Position numbers and translations under genes: made by a program. Below the pieces are notes generated by a model. The model made no database searches. It saw only the letters and a program-made list of their open reading frames with translations, and was not told the DNA's origin. A DNA stretch of 64,000 nt from Alphaproteobacteria bacterium. GTDB lineage: Bacteria; Pseudomonadota; Alphaproteobacteria; UBA9219. Positions 48,143 through 59,487 of this stretch are shown here, piece after piece. The stretch is taken from the NCBI GenBank assembly GCA_019233975.1, contig JAFALY010000038.1, forward strand, positions 21,638 to 85,637. The letters are read 5' to 3'. How positions within the stretch are numbered: position 1 is the stretch's first letter; every line of letters begins with the position of its first letter.

Positions 48143-50227
48143 ATGTCAAAAGCGCAGATAACACAGGATCCCACGCTACGTTTCGGGCGTGTTTTTTCTC
48201 GCGCCGACCACGATGCCTATGCCGACATCCACTTCACAACCGGCCCTGTTGATGACGCGCAGCAGATGCTTATCTATCCGGCGCATTGGTCAGAATTATC
48301 GGCGGCAGAGTTTGCAGAAACAGCACTTTGCCGCGAAGCGCCCCAACAGACAAAACCGGTCGAAGAAAACACTGTTCCGTCATGGCTGTGGCGTCACACC
48401 GCCACCCCCGGCACCGCGACTGAACCCGAAGATGACGCCGCTGTTGTTTTTGACCGTGTTGTAGGCAGCGCAACCTACAGGGCCTGGCGCGAAGGTTTGT
48501 TTAACACCGAAGACGACGCGCATATTTTCTTCAATGAATGCCGCGCGGCACTCGCGCAAAAACAAATCATCATTGATCCGGTTGCCCTGCGCGATATTGG
48601 CCGCGACTGGGCCTACGGCCAAACAAGCTTGAAATCGGCGAGCAAGGGCGCTAAGCCTGCCGCGTCGATTGAACCCTACCACCTTAGCAACACAATGATC
48701 GATGGCATGGTGGGTGGTCGCCGTGACGCCTCGACATGGACATTGTGGAACAGGTTGACAAAGCAGAAACATAAGACATGCACGGCAGATGTGCGTTTCG
48801 ACACAACGGCGGGCGAATGGTCCGACGCGCCACAACATCTGGCTTCGGCAACGCCGATGCTGATCGACCTGCTGTGGCACAGGCATATGGACGGTTCTGT
48901 GAATGCCGAAGGATTGCGTCAGGCGACGCGCCTACTGGTCACGCTGGCTGACCTGCTTGGCCTGGACAATCAGGGCACACTGGCGATCGGGTTTGGTAAT
49001 TTGTCATCACTTCTGATGGCGCTTGGCCTGCCCTATGACAGCGAAGCGGGTCGCGCCACGGCGGCAGCCATTGCCGCCATTATAACGGCGGAGGCTTATG
49101 CAGCCTCCGCACGGCTCGCGGCACTGCGCGGTGTCAGTTCAGCCTTCCAGTACCAACGTGAAAGCGTGTTACGCGCGCTTCGCAATCATCACCGGGCCGC
49201 CTATGACGAACAGAATGACTATGAAAAACTGTCTGTCCTGCCGCGCCCGCTCTCGGTCGCAAGCGGCGTAGACCTTTCATTGGCGGCAACAGCGCGCACC
49301 GCATGGGACCGCGCCGAACAATTGGTCAGCGCGCATGGCTTACGGCACATCGCCTTTACAAGCGTAAGCCTTTCGTCTTCCGTCGTCGCATTTGCCGCCC
49401 TGCAAGCCTATGGCGTTGAAGCCAGTCCTACCCTGCTGGAACAGGGAGACCTGCACCCGACCGCACTGGAGGCTTTGACGCGCCTCTCTCTGTCAACGAC
49501 AGCGACACGCGAAGTTCGCGCCCATATTGCGGGACATCGTTCACTGGCCCACGCGCCTGCCATCAACCATGCAGCACTGCGTGCAAAGGGTTTTGATGCC
49601 GACGCCATTACGCGCGTAGAAAGCGCCCTGCAAAGCGCGACGCATCTGCGTCAGGTCTTCACACCCGTTCACCTGGGCACAACATTTTGCGCCGACCAAT
49701 TGAACCTGAATCCCGCACAGATCGATAACCCCGCGTTTAATCTGCTGGAGCATCTGGGATTTGATGCGGTTGATGTCATGCGCGGCAACCAATATTGCTT
49801 TGGCTATGCAAGCCTGAAAGAAGCGCCACACCTGACGCAACAACAGAAAGCCGTTTTTGCGACAACATCAGACCTGCGCCCCGAAGCCGTCATTCATATG
49901 GCGGGCGCGGTACAAGGCTTCTTCTCTGGCACAACGGGCGTGACGCTGTCGCTCGCGGCATCGACACCACCCGAACAGACCGAACGGCTGCTGCTGGCCG
50001 CGTGGCGTGTCGGATTGCAGGGCCTGCGCCTGATCTTTGACGTTGAGGTTCAGCCATCACAACGCCGCGCCAAGAAAGTGGCGACGACAAAGGCCAGCTA
50101 TCTGAACAAACAGCCGAAAATCACAGCCAAGCGCATTACATCCGGCAATCCCCGCTATCGCACGCCCCAACATGTGGCGCGTACGCGCGACCTGCGCGGC
50201 AAAAATACACCTGATACAGGCCGTTAA
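48143..50227 (+). CDS. Degenerate class II (B12-dependent) ribonucleotide reductase homologue, predicted inactive
   Basis: EENTVPSWLWR, FDRVVG, WAYG, LMALGLPYDSEAGRA, LRNHHRAAY and APAINHAALRAKGF are collinear with NrdJ; CFI, NPCxE, CNL and APTGT motifs are absent. Confidence 0.8.
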   Translation: MSKAQITQDPTLRFGRVFSRADHDAYADIHFTTGPVDDAQQMLIYPAHWSELSAAEFAETALCREAPQQTKPVEENTVPSWLWRHTATPGTATEPEDDAAVVFDRVVGSATYRAWREGLFNTEDDAHIFFNECRAALAQKQIIIDPVALRDIGRDWAYGQTSLKSASKGAKPAASIEPYHLSNTMIDGMVGGRRDASTWTLWNRLTKQKHKTCTADVRFDTTAGEWSDAPQHLASATPMLIDLLWHRHMDGSVNAEGLRQATRLLVTLADLLGLDNQGTLAIGFGNLSSLLMALGLPYDSEAGRATAAAIAAIITAEAYAASARLAALRGVSSAFQYQRESVLRALRNHHRAAYDEQNDYEKLSVLPRPLSVASGVDLSLAATARTAWDRAEQLVSAHGLRHIAFTSVSLSSSVVAFAALQAYGVEASPTLLEQGDLHPTALEALTRLSLSTTATREVRAHIAGHRSLAHAPAINHAALRAKGFDADAITRVESALQSATHLRQVFTPVHLGTTFCADQLNLNPAQIDNPAFNLLEHLGFDAVDVMRGNQYCFGYASLKEAPHLTQQQKAVFATTSDLRPEAVIHMAGAVQGFFSGTTGVTLSLAASTPPEQTERLLLAAWRVGLQGLRLIFDVEVQPSQRRAKKVATTKASYLNKQPKITAKRITSGNPRYRTPQHVARTRDLRGKNTPDTGR

Positions 50228-50317
50228 CACTTGCGGCATTAGCGCTGGCAGACGCCTGCAACATATGCTATCGCGGCAGCCTGACTGATTGGCAACACAC
50301 AGGTTTGATTTTAGAAA

Positions 50318-51097
50318 ATGACCGCACTTTCCGTTGTAATTCCGCTTTTGAACGAATCCGGCAACGTCATGCCGTTGATCGATGAAATATCCGCCGCCCT
50401 GAACGCCTATGCGCCCACAGCAGGCCAGTTTGAAATTATCTGCGTTGATGACGGCAGCACCGACACAACCGCCACCGAAGTACGTCAGGCGCAGGAAAAA
50501 CACAGCTTTGTTCGTCTGGTACGCCATCCGCGTTCGCTGGGCATGAGCGCCGCGTTGCGCAACGGCATCCGCCGCGCCAACAGCGTCTGGATACTGACCA
50601 TCGACGGCGACAGACAGAACGACCCGAACGACGCCGCCAAGCTTCTGGACATCGCCTGGGCGGGCGGCAAGACCGACCGCAAGATTCTGGTCGGTGGCAT
50701 CCGCGTCAACCGCCGCGATACATGGGGCAAACGCTTCGCCAGCAAATACGCCAACAAGATTCGCCGTGCGGCGCTCAAGGATAACTGCCCCGATACCGGA
50801 TGCAGCCTCAAAGTGTTCCCGCGTGATTCTTATCTAGAGTTGCCGTTTTTCAATGGTTTGCACCGCTTTATGGCAGCGCTACTTAAGCATTACGGCCATG
50901 AAACCAGCTTTATCCCGGTCAATGACCGCCCGCGTGAGGTTGGCCTGTCTAAATCAGACTTCACAGGCCGTGCGATCAAAGGCCTGTTTGACCTGCTGGG
51001 CGTGATGTGGCTGATCCACCGAACCCCCGCTCCACTGCGTGGCAGTGAAGAAATCTTGCAGCACGGGCAGGAAAACGGGCGCAAAGCGGCTTTTTAA
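50318..51097 (+). CDS. GT2 glycosyltransferase, polyprenol-phosphate sugar synthase-like
   Basis: SVVIPLLNE, VDDGSTD, DGDRQNDP, DTGCSLK, HRF. Confidence 0.9.
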   Translation: MTALSVVIPLLNESGNVMPLIDEISAALNAYAPTAGQFEIICVDDGSTDTTATEVRQAQEKHSFVRLVRHPRSLGMSAALRNGIRRANSVWILTIDGDRQNDPNDAAKLLDIAWAGGKTDRKILVGGIRVNRRDTWGKRFASKYANKIRRAALKDNCPDTGCSLKVFPRDSYLELPFFNGLHRFMAALLKHYGHETSFIPVNDRPREVGLSKSDFTGRAIKGLFDLLGVMWLIHRTPAPLRGSEEILQHGQENGRKAAF

Positions 51098-51229
51098 CGA
51101 TTAAAGGGTTAAAAATCGGGCTTTACCCTTGACTTTCACCCCGGTTTTCGCCAATAACGCCCCTTCGCGGCGCTGCTTACGGCAGTTGGCCGTCCGAGAG
51201 ATTGACGTAACGACGTAAGGATTAAAGTC

Positions 51230-51541
51230 ATGTTCGCAGTGGTTAAAACCGGCGGCAAACAATACAAAGTTGCCCAGGGTGACATCATTCAGGTTGAAAA
51301 GCTGGCCGTTGAAGCCGGTAAGTCGGTTGACCTGTCCGACGTTCTGATGCTGTGCGATAACGGCAAGGTAACTGTGGGCACGCCGGTTGTTTCTGGCGCC
51401 AAGGTAACGGCCGAAGTCGTTTCGCAGGACCGCAGCGAAAAGCTGATCGTCTTCAAGAAGAAGCGTCGCCAGAACTATCGCCGCAAGAATCATCATCGTC
51501 AGGAATACACAACGCTGAAGATCACGGCCATTAAGGGCTAA
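51230..51541 (+). CDS. rplU: 50S ribosomal protein L21
   Basis: [20 protein letters not shown]. Confidence 0.97.
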   Translation: MFAVVKTGGKQYKVAQGDIIQVEKLAVEAGKSVDLSDVLMLCDNGKVTVGTPVVSGAKVTAEVVSQDRSEKLIVFKKKRRQNYRRKNHHRQEYTTLKITAIKG

Positions 51542-51570
51542 GGTCAGCGGGTACTTAAAGGAGTCAGGAA

Positions 51571-51831
51571 ATGGCACATAAAAAAGCAGGCGGTTCATCC
51601 CGCAACGGTCGCGACAGTGCTGGCCGCCGTTTAGGCGTCAAGCTGTATGGCGGCGAACAGGCCAAGGGCGGCGCGATCATCGTCCGTCAGCGCGGCACCA
51701 AGTATTACGCCGGTGAAAATGTCGGCATGGGCACGGACCACACCCTGTTTGCCAAGAACGACGGCGTTGTCTCGTTCCGCGAAACCAAGGGCGGCCGCAC
51801 CTACGTCTCTGTCACTACGGCGGCAAAGTAA
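51571..51831 (+). CDS. rpmA: 50S ribosomal protein L27
   Basis: [16 protein letters not shown]. Confidence 0.98.
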   Translation: MAHKKAGGSSRNGRDSAGRRLGVKLYGGEQAKGGAIIVRQRGTKYYAGENVGMGTDHTLFAKNDGVVSFRETKGGRTYVSVTTAAK

Positions 51832-51850
51832 GCCTCTCGCAGAAGTATTC

Positions 51851-51884
51851 AAGCAGGGCCAGCCCGTTCTGGCCCTGCTTTTTT
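51851..51884 (+). terminator. Rho-independent terminator after rpmA
   Basis: AAGCAGGGCCAG-CCCGTT-CTGGCCCTGCTT followed by TTTT. Confidence 0.8.
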
Positions 51885-51904
51885 ATTGCCGAAAAATGGT
51901 ATAG

Positions 51905-52923
<1,019 letters not shown>

Positions 52924-52924
<1 letters not shown>

Positions 52925-53811
52925 TGACGGTTGTCGTCTTTGGAAGCATCAACATGGATATCGTGACACGCTGCCGTCACCATCCCCATATTGGTGAAAC
53001 CATACATGGCGATAGCGTCACCTTTTATCCCGGCGGCAAAGGAGCTAATCAGGCGATTGCCAGTGCAAAAGCAGGCGCTGAAACGCATTTACTGGGTGTT
53101 GTTGGCAAGGACGCCTTTGGCACACAATTACTGGATTACCTGCGCAACAACGGCGTGCTTGTTGACAATATCCTGCAAATAGAACTGCCAACAGGTATCG
53201 CCGCCATCAACGTAGCAGATGACGCATCGAACACCATTGTTGTCGTCGCCGGGGCAAATGGTGAAACCAAAGCAAGTCCATCCATTATTCAAGCCCTAGA
53301 ACACCCCGTGGGATTAGCACAGCTAGAGACTCCGATAAAGGAAGTTGCTCATTTCTTCAGCCTCATCAAAGGCGCAAATGGGGTCACCATTCTAAACCCG
53401 TCACCCTACCAGCCCATCGAGAAAAGCCTGTTGCAGGTTACGGATATTTTGATACTGAACGAAGTTGAGTTTTCCAAGTTTGCCGGACTAAGTGGGAATA
53501 TTGATGCCACAAATGCAGCGCACATTCTGGGCAATATGGAGTGCGACATATCTTGCTTGATTGTAACCCTTGGTCGTGACGGTTGCGTGGTGAAAACAAA
53601 TAACTCCGTTGAATACATCAAAGGCGTGCCCTGTAAGGCCATTGATACGACCGGTGCGGGGGATTGTTTCGCGGGTGTGTTTGCCGCGAGCCTCAATGAC
53701 GGTAGAACCTATTGCAGTGCAGCGGAGCGAGCCAATCGCGCAGCAAGCATTAGCGTAACCCGCGCAGGCGCAGGCCCATCTATGCCAGAGCAGGCAGAAA
53801 TAGACATTTAG
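52924..53811 (+). CDS. rbsK: Ribokinase (PfkB family)
   Basis: GSINMD, GGKGANQA, DTTGAGDCF. Confidence 0.85.
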
Positions 53812-53883
53812 GCTCCTCCTGCCCCAATTTTGTCTTTTTGACGTGAGAGGGTATGCTCCCGCCCTAGGTAATGGGAATCTCGC

Positions 53884-55290
53884 ATGCGTTTGGACCGCTT
53901 ATTCTGGTTATACCCTGTTTTACTCGCCGCTGCTTGCGACGTGGGCCCCGATTATGAAAAACCTGCCGTACAGACACCAACAGCCTTTAAGGAAGCAGGC
54001 ACATGGCAGCAGGCAGAGCCCGCCGATACTGTTGAGCGCGGCGCGTGGTGGAAAGTTTTTCACGACGCAACATTGGATAAGCTTGAAGAACAGATTGCCC
54101 TGTCTAACCAGAACGTCAAATCATACGAAGCGGCTTATCGTCAGGCGCAAGCGCTGACCGACGAAGCACGCGCGGGTTGGTTCCCAACCGTTTCCCTAAA
54201 CGGATCAGACACACGCTCGGCCACCGGAAAGTCCGGCACAAAATCGGCGTCGGCCTATGCGTCATCGCTTAACGCAAGTTGGACAGCGGATGTGTGGGGT
54301 CGTATTGGCCGCACGGTGGAAAGCAACGAAGCGAAAGCCGAAGCAAGCGCCGCAGATCTGGCAGGCGTCCAGCTTTCAGCACAAACGACATTGGCCACCG
54401 ACTATCTGGATCTGCGCTGGCAGGATGAGCAGATTACCACGCTGCGCCTGATCGCGGAGGCGAACCGCAAGCTGGCCGAGATTGAAAAAAGCCGGTACGA
54501 CGCCGGCACGGATGGCAAGCAGGCGTGGCTGGCGGCACAACAAAATCTGGATGCCGCCGAAGCGACTCTGTCGAATGCGCAAATCACGCGCGAACAACTG
54601 GAACATGCCATCGCCACCCTTATCGGCACACCCGCATCGCAGATTGCCGTGCCGAAATCCGGCGTACCGTCGCATGTGCCCCATATTCCGGCACAGATAC
54701 CCTCAAACCTGTTGCAACAACGACCCGACATTGCCTCAGCCGAGCGTGCTGTAGCGGCAGCCAATGCAGATATCGGCGTCGCAACGGCGGCATGGTTTCC
54801 GACATTCAGCTTTGACGCCTCGTATGGTTACAGCGCAGCCATTTTGCCCCGCTTGTTACAGTCCCCCTACAGTCTGTGGTCATTCGGGCCGACTGTTGCT
54901 GAAACATTGTTTGATGCCGGTAACCGCGAAGCGACGATAGAAGCCGCACGCGCCGGTTATGACCAGACAGTTGCGACGTATCGCCAGACGGCACTGACAG
55001 CGTTTCAGGAAGTGGAAGATGACCTTTCATCCCTGCACCATTTGACAGACCAAGTTCAGCAGCAACAATCCAATCTGGAACATGCGCGCGCCGCGCAGGA
55101 TATTGTCGAAGCGCAGCAGAAAGTCGGCACATCAGCGGTCAGCGACGTTCTGACCGCCCGCATCACGCGCCTGAAGGCACAGCAAAGCTGGCAAATTGCC
55201 CAACAACAGCGATATGAGACCACCGTCGCCCTGATCGAAGCCTTGGGTGGCACATGGACAACCGGAACGGTAGAGAACAAAAAGGAATGA
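53884..55290 (+). CDS. NodT/OprM-type outer membrane efflux lipoprotein
   Basis: LAAAC lipobox, GPDYEKP, WWKVF, RPDIASAER, ALGG. Confidence 0.92.
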   Translation: MRLDRLFWLYPVLLAAACDVGPDYEKPAVQTPTAFKEAGTWQQAEPADTVERGAWWKVFHDATLDKLEEQIALSNQNVKSYEAAYRQAQALTDEARAGWFPTVSLNGSDTRSATGKSGTKSASAYASSLNASWTADVWGRIGRTVESNEAKAEASAADLAGVQLSAQTTLATDYLDLRWQDEQITTLRLIAEANRKLAEIEKSRYDAGTDGKQAWLAAQQNLDAAEATLSNAQITREQLEHAIATLIGTPASQIAVPKSGVPSHVPHIPAQIPSNLLQQRPDIASAERAVAAANADIGVATAAWFPTFSFDASYGYSAAILPRLLQSPYSLWSFGPTVAETLFDAGNREATIEAARAGYDQTVATYRQTALTAFQEVEDDLSSLHHLTDQVQQQQSNLEHARAAQDIVEAQQKVGTSAVSDVLTARITRLKAQQSWQIAQQQRYETTVALIEALGGTWTTGTVENKKE

Positions 55291-56729
55291 CGGCAACCAA
55301 ACATAAAATGACGCCCGCAATGATCCGCGTATCATTGATTGTTGCGTGCGGCCTTTTTATGGAACAGTTGGACGGGTCGATCATCGCCACCGCCCTGCCC
55401 AAAATCGCCCAATCCCTGCAAACGGAACCGTTGCACCTTAATCTCGCCATCACGTCCTATATGTTCAGTCTGGCCGTCTTTATTCCGCTGAGCGGATGGG
55501 TGGCCGACAGGTTGGGCGCGCGCACAGTCTTTAAGTCCGCGATTATTGTCTTTACGCTAGGCTCCATCCTGTGCGGCCTGTCATTTGACCTATTTAGCCT
55601 TGTCATATCTCGCATTTTGCAGGGTATAGGCGGCGCCATGATGGTACCGGTCGGGCGACTTATCCTGCTACGCACGGTTCCCAAATCCGGCCTTGTCGAT
55701 GCTATGGCATGGGTCAGTGCACCTGCCCTCCTCGGCCCCGTGCTGGGCCCACCGATTGGCGGATTGATCGTGTCAGCCTTTTCATGGCGATGGATCTTCT
55801 TTATCAATGTGCCTATCGGCATTGCCGGTTACATCTTATCCGCTTTGTACATCGACAATATTCGCGGCCGTACGCGTGAAAAGCTGGATATCCCCGGATT
55901 TTTACTGGTCGGCGCATCCATGGCGGGGATGGTTTTTGCTTTTGAAACCGTGGGACGCCACTTGGTCCCTGACTGGCTGGTTGCCAGCATGCTCGGTCTG
56001 GGCATCGTGTGCATGATCGGCTATTTGCGGCACGCCACACGCATCGAATTGCCCATCATCGACTTTAAATTATTACGCTATAAGACCTATCGCATTTCAA
56101 TCTTTGGCGGTTCGTTGTTCCGCATCGCTATTGGTGCATTGCCCTTTCTGATGCCACTGATGCTGCAATACGGCTTTGGCATGACACCGGCCGCCTCTGG
56201 CTTCATCACATTGGCCAGCGCGGCGGGCATGGTGCTGCTACGCATTATTGCAACTGCCGTTTTACGCCAGTTCGGGTTTAAACGCGTATTGTTGGTGACC
56301 GCTGTCATCAACGCCATTTTCATGGGCGGCTGCGCCCTGTTCACCCACATGACGCCACAAAGCGTTATTTTTATATTCCTGCTCATCGGTGGCATCTTCC
56401 GGTCTTTGGAATTCACGGCCCTGAACACAATTGCGTATGCCGACATGCCCGAGAAATATTTGAGCCGCGCCAACACGCTTTACAACATGTTACAACAACT
56501 GATGCTCAGCATGGGGGTTGCCGTTGGCGCATCGTTCCTGAACTTGACGCTGTATTTCAGGCACGAAACGGCCCTGAGCGAACCGGCCTTTGCCCCAACA
56601 TTTACGACTATTGGCCTGTTCTCGATTGTTTCTCTGCTGTTCTTTACTAAACTATCACCACAAGCTGGCGGTGACATGAGCGGCCACCGTGTCAGCGGCG
56701 AAGAAGTTGAACGCCGTGGTATGTCCTGA
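55287..56729 (+). CDS. DHA2-family MFS transporter
   Basis: FMEQLDGSIIATALP, GWVADRLGAR, WRWIFFINVPIG; ATGA overlap with the upstream gene. Confidence 0.92.
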   Translation: MTATKHKMTPAMIRVSLIVACGLFMEQLDGSIIATALPKIAQSLQTEPLHLNLAITSYMFSLAVFIPLSGWVADRLGARTVFKSAIIVFTLGSILCGLSFDLFSLVISRILQGIGGAMMVPVGRLILLRTVPKSGLVDAMAWVSAPALLGPVLGPPIGGLIVSAFSWRWIFFINVPIGIAGYILSALYIDNIRGRTREKLDIPGFLLVGASMAGMVFAFETVGRHLVPDWLVASMLGLGIVCMIGYLRHATRIELPIIDFKLLRYKTYRISIFGGSLFRIAIGALPFLMPLMLQYGFGMTPAASGFITLASAAGMVLLRIIATAVLRQFGFKRVLLVTAVINAIFMGGCALFTHMTPQSVIFIFLLIGGIFRSLEFTALNTIAYADMPEKYLSRANTLYNMLQQLMLSMGVAVGASFLNLTLYFRHETALSEPAFAPTFTTIGLFSIVSLLFFTKLSPQAGGDMSGHRVSGEEVERRGMS

Positions 56730-56746
56730 GCCATGGAGGTTATGTC

Positions 56747-57055
56747 ATGACTGATAATGTTACCCTGATCCTATCGGCGATTATGATGGTCACGATGGTC
56801 TTCCTGATTGCACCAGGCGTTTTCGCGGTCAATCGCGGGCATATACTGCACAACATAGCCCTGTGGTTGGCCATCTTTCTGGCACTGGGTTTGTTCTACC
56901 ACAATTTTGGCCCCGAAAGCCCGCACCCGCTTTTCAAAATTCCCGAAGCCATGACGGGCTTACGGCACAACGCGCCGGCACCCACCCCGCAAGCGCCGAC
57001 ACCTGAGCCAACCACGCCTGCACCAGCACCGGCACCAGAAGGCAAGTCTCTATAA
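56747..57055 (+). CDS. Small two-TM membrane protein with Pro-rich tail
   Basis: GGAGG RBS; two hydrophobic helices; PAPTP-type repeats. Confidence 0.65.
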   Translation: MTDNVTLILSAIMMVTMVFLIAPGVFAVNRGHILHNIALWLAIFLALGLFYHNFGPESPHPLFKIPEAMTGLRHNAPAPTPQAPTPEPTTPAPAPAPEGKSL

Positions 57056-57832
57056 CGGGAAGCTCGCTTCGTTGATCGATGCCTGCGCATCGAATTGTTG
57101 CATGAGCGCCAAGATTTCTGCACTCGCCTTGCGCAGAGCGTCCTGATCTGTCCCACGTGAAACCAAAGCTGTTCCATGCCGGGCGCTACGCACCCAAGGA
57201 TAGGACCCGATATCAAGCATACCATAACGCCGCGCGATGTCTTCCAGAGCCGCCGCCACCAGACTTTCAGCGACAAAGCCGGATACGCTGACGCTATGTA
57301 TCTTCGGCCCATGTTTCAGACCCGCCACAACGTTATCCAGCATGGCACGCATAATGTTTGGCACACCTGCCATGACATAAACATTTTCAACACAGAACCC
57401 CGGTGCGGCACTAACAGGATTATCAATCAGCTCCGCTCCAACGGGGGTGCGTGCCATGCGCAGCCGTGCAGGCGTCAAATTCTCAGCGCCATAGCTGCGC
57501 AATAACCTGTCACGTGCGGCTGGGTTTTCAGCAACGGCAAGCCCGAAAGCTGCGCCAATGCTGTCGGCGGTGATATCATCATGGGTGGGACCAATACCAC
57601 CCGTTGTCAGCACATAGGTATAACGCTGCCTCAGCGTGTTGACGGCATTCACAATCTCTTCCTGAATATCGGGCACGACGCGCGCTTCACTCAACCGTAC
57701 ACCGATTTCCGCCAGTTTGATGGCAATAGCGTTCAGGTTCACGTCCTGTGTGCGTCCTGACAAAATCTCGTTACCGATAATAAGGACAGCGGCTGTCGGG
57801 GTTTGCACGTTATCAGTGTTGGAACTGGACAT
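57050..57832 (-). CDS. CinA-like molybdopterin-binding domain protein
   Basis: IGNEILSGRTQD, TGGIGPTHDDIT, MAGVP. Confidence 0.9.
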   Translation of the reverse strand: MSSSNTDNVQTPTAAVLIIGNEILSGRTQDVNLNAIAIKLAEIGVRLSEARVVPDIQEEIVNAVNTLRQRYTYVLTTGGIGPTHDDITADSIGAAFGLAVAENPAARDRLLRSYGAENLTPARLRMARTPVGAELIDNPVSAAPGFCVENVYVMAGVPNIMRAMLDNVVAGLKHGPKIHSVSVSGFVAESLVAAALEDIARRYGMLDIGSYPWVRSARHGTALVSRGTDQDALRKASAEILALMQQFDAQASINEASFPL

Positions 57833-57858
57833 AAAGGCTCCCTAGACGGATCAAACCG

Positions 57859-58365
57859 TCACAACATGCGCTGAGCCACGTTTTGAATCAAGACATCCAA
57901 GACGCCGGAGCCTATCGCATCATTCAAGGCAGTCAGGGCTTTGCTTTTAATGCGTGTTACATCAACCAACTTGCCGTTTCGGAGCGAACCGTTGCCCAAA
58001 CCACCATAGAGCGCACGCATCAGGGAGTCTCTGACTTTTGGCATGTTGGTGTGGATGTTATCCGCCACGTCAAAGTCTTTAACTTCCACGTCGATCTGAA
58101 CTGTGACCAATTGCTCAACACCACTGTCGGCAATAACAGGCAATACGATCGGCGCCAAGTGGACGTAGACGGGGTCGCCCTTAAAACGACCGCCCGAGAC
58201 ATCTTCGTCGCCGCCTTTTTTCTTGGCCCCTGACTCGCCGCCACCTTCACCGCTTGTCGCCTGTTTTTTCCCGCCACCCTCTTCTTCTGCCGCGAGCACA
58301 AGCGCAGGCAGGCATAGGCTGCCGATAATAATGGCGAGTAACAGATAAAAGCGGCGACAGGACAT
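57859..58365 (-). CDS. FliL-like basal body-associated protein
   Basis: N-terminal hydrophobic segment, Gly/Glu linker, P-V-Y-x-x-L-x-P and MPKVRD pattern. Confidence 0.6.
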   Translation of the reverse strand: MSCRRFYLLLAIIIGSLCLPALVLAAEEEGGGKKQATSGEGGGESGAKKKGGDEDVSGGRFKGDPVYVHLAPIVLPVIADSGVEQLVTVQIDVEVKDFDVADNIHTNMPKVRDSLMRALYGGLGNGSLRNGKLVDVTRIKSKALTALNDAIGSGVLDVLIQNVAQRML

Positions 58366-58406
58366 GCGAAAACCCTTGGCTATCCTCTGAGCCTAGAACC
58401 AATGGT

Positions 58407-58421
58407 TTGACAACTTGTTAA
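58407..58421 (-). promoter_or_regulatory. CtrA-box-like site upstream of the FliL-like gene
   Basis: Minus strand TTAA-CAAGTTG-TCAA, one mismatch to TTAA-N7-TTAA. Confidence 0.4.
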
Positions 58422-58424
58422 GAT

Positions 58425-58889
58425 CTAAGCGCGCAGTGTCTTGCCGACACGGTCCAAGACCGCATTCACAAGGCCGGGTTCACGCGCATTAAAATAGGCA
58501 TGCGCCACATCGACATAGTCGTTGATGACAACCCCGGTCGGCACAAAGGAATGGTCGCGCAGTTCAAAAATACCGGCCCGCAAGATGGCTTTCAGAAGCG
58601 TTTCGACGCGTTCAGCGGTTACTTTGGCGTCAACGGCCCCGGCGATCATCCCGTCGATGTCAGCAAGGTTGTCATGGGTACCCTGCGCTACCTGTACAAA
58701 CAGGTCACGATCCACGGACACAGCCAAACCACCCTCGTCCTGATCTTGCAGCAACACTTTAGGGTCAGCCAAAAAATCTTTGATAATCAATTGAATGGGG
58801 CGTTGCGTTAATTCAGTTTGATAGAGCGCCTGCACGGCCGCCAACCGCGCTAGACGCTTCGCATTATAATCTTGTCCTGACTTAGCCAT
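58425..58889 (-). CDS. nusB: Transcription antitermination factor NusB
   Basis: ARLAAVQALYQ, AILRAGIFEL, VNAVLD. Confidence 0.93.
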   Translation of the reverse strand: MAKSGQDYNAKRLARLAAVQALYQTELTQRPIQLIIKDFLADPKVLLQDQDEGGLAVSVDRDLFVQVAQGTHDNLADIDGMIAGAVDAKVTAERVETLLKAILRAGIFELRDHSFVPTGVVINDYVDVAHAYFNAREPGLVNAVLDRVGKTLRA

Positions 58890-58897
58890 CTTATCCC

Positions 58898-59416
58898 TTA
58901 TCTGGCAATCCAGCGCTTTTTAGGAAGCAACCTGAATTGCTGTTTGATCTCAATCATGCGCAGGCAGGCTTCCGCCGCCTCGCCCGAACGGTTCAGTTTT
59001 GTCTTGTCCGCACGCTCCAACGCCTGATCTTTATTGTCACAGGTTAAAATGCCGTTACCAATGGCCAAGGCATAGCGCATGGACAATTCCTGCAAGCCGC
59101 GCGCACTTTCCGTGGCGACAATCTGGTCATGCATCGTGCCACCCTTGATGACGGCGCCAAGCGCAACATAACCGTCATAACGGCGACGCACAGCGTCATA
59201 ATCCAAAGCCTTCAGCGCGTATACAATCGCGGCCGGAATCTCCAATGCCCCGGGCACAGTCAAAACCTCATAGGACGCCCCTGCCCGGTCCAGTACCGTC
59301 TTGGCGCCATCCAGTTGAAGATTAGCGAGATCATCGTAATACCGCGCTTCAACGATCAGAATATGCGGCTTGACTTCAAAGTTGAAACTGGCCGGCTGTT
59401 GGCGTTCGCTCTGCAT
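58898..59416 (-). CDS. ribH: Lumazine synthase
   Basis: VPGALEIP, GAVIKGGTMH, GNGILT. Confidence 0.9.
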   Translation of the reverse strand: MQSERQQPASFNFEVKPHILIVEARYYDDLANLQLDGAKTVLDRAGASYEVLTVPGALEIPAAIVYALKALDYDAVRRRYDGYVALGAVIKGGTMHDQIVATESARGLQELSMRYALAIGNGILTCDNKDQALERADKTKLNRSGEAAEACLRMIEIKQQFRLLPKKRWIAR

Positions 59417-59487
59417 CCCTTAACCCCTTTTTGATCCCTGATTTACGCGCCGATAATGGCAAGATTGATGCCTACGTACAATAATGA

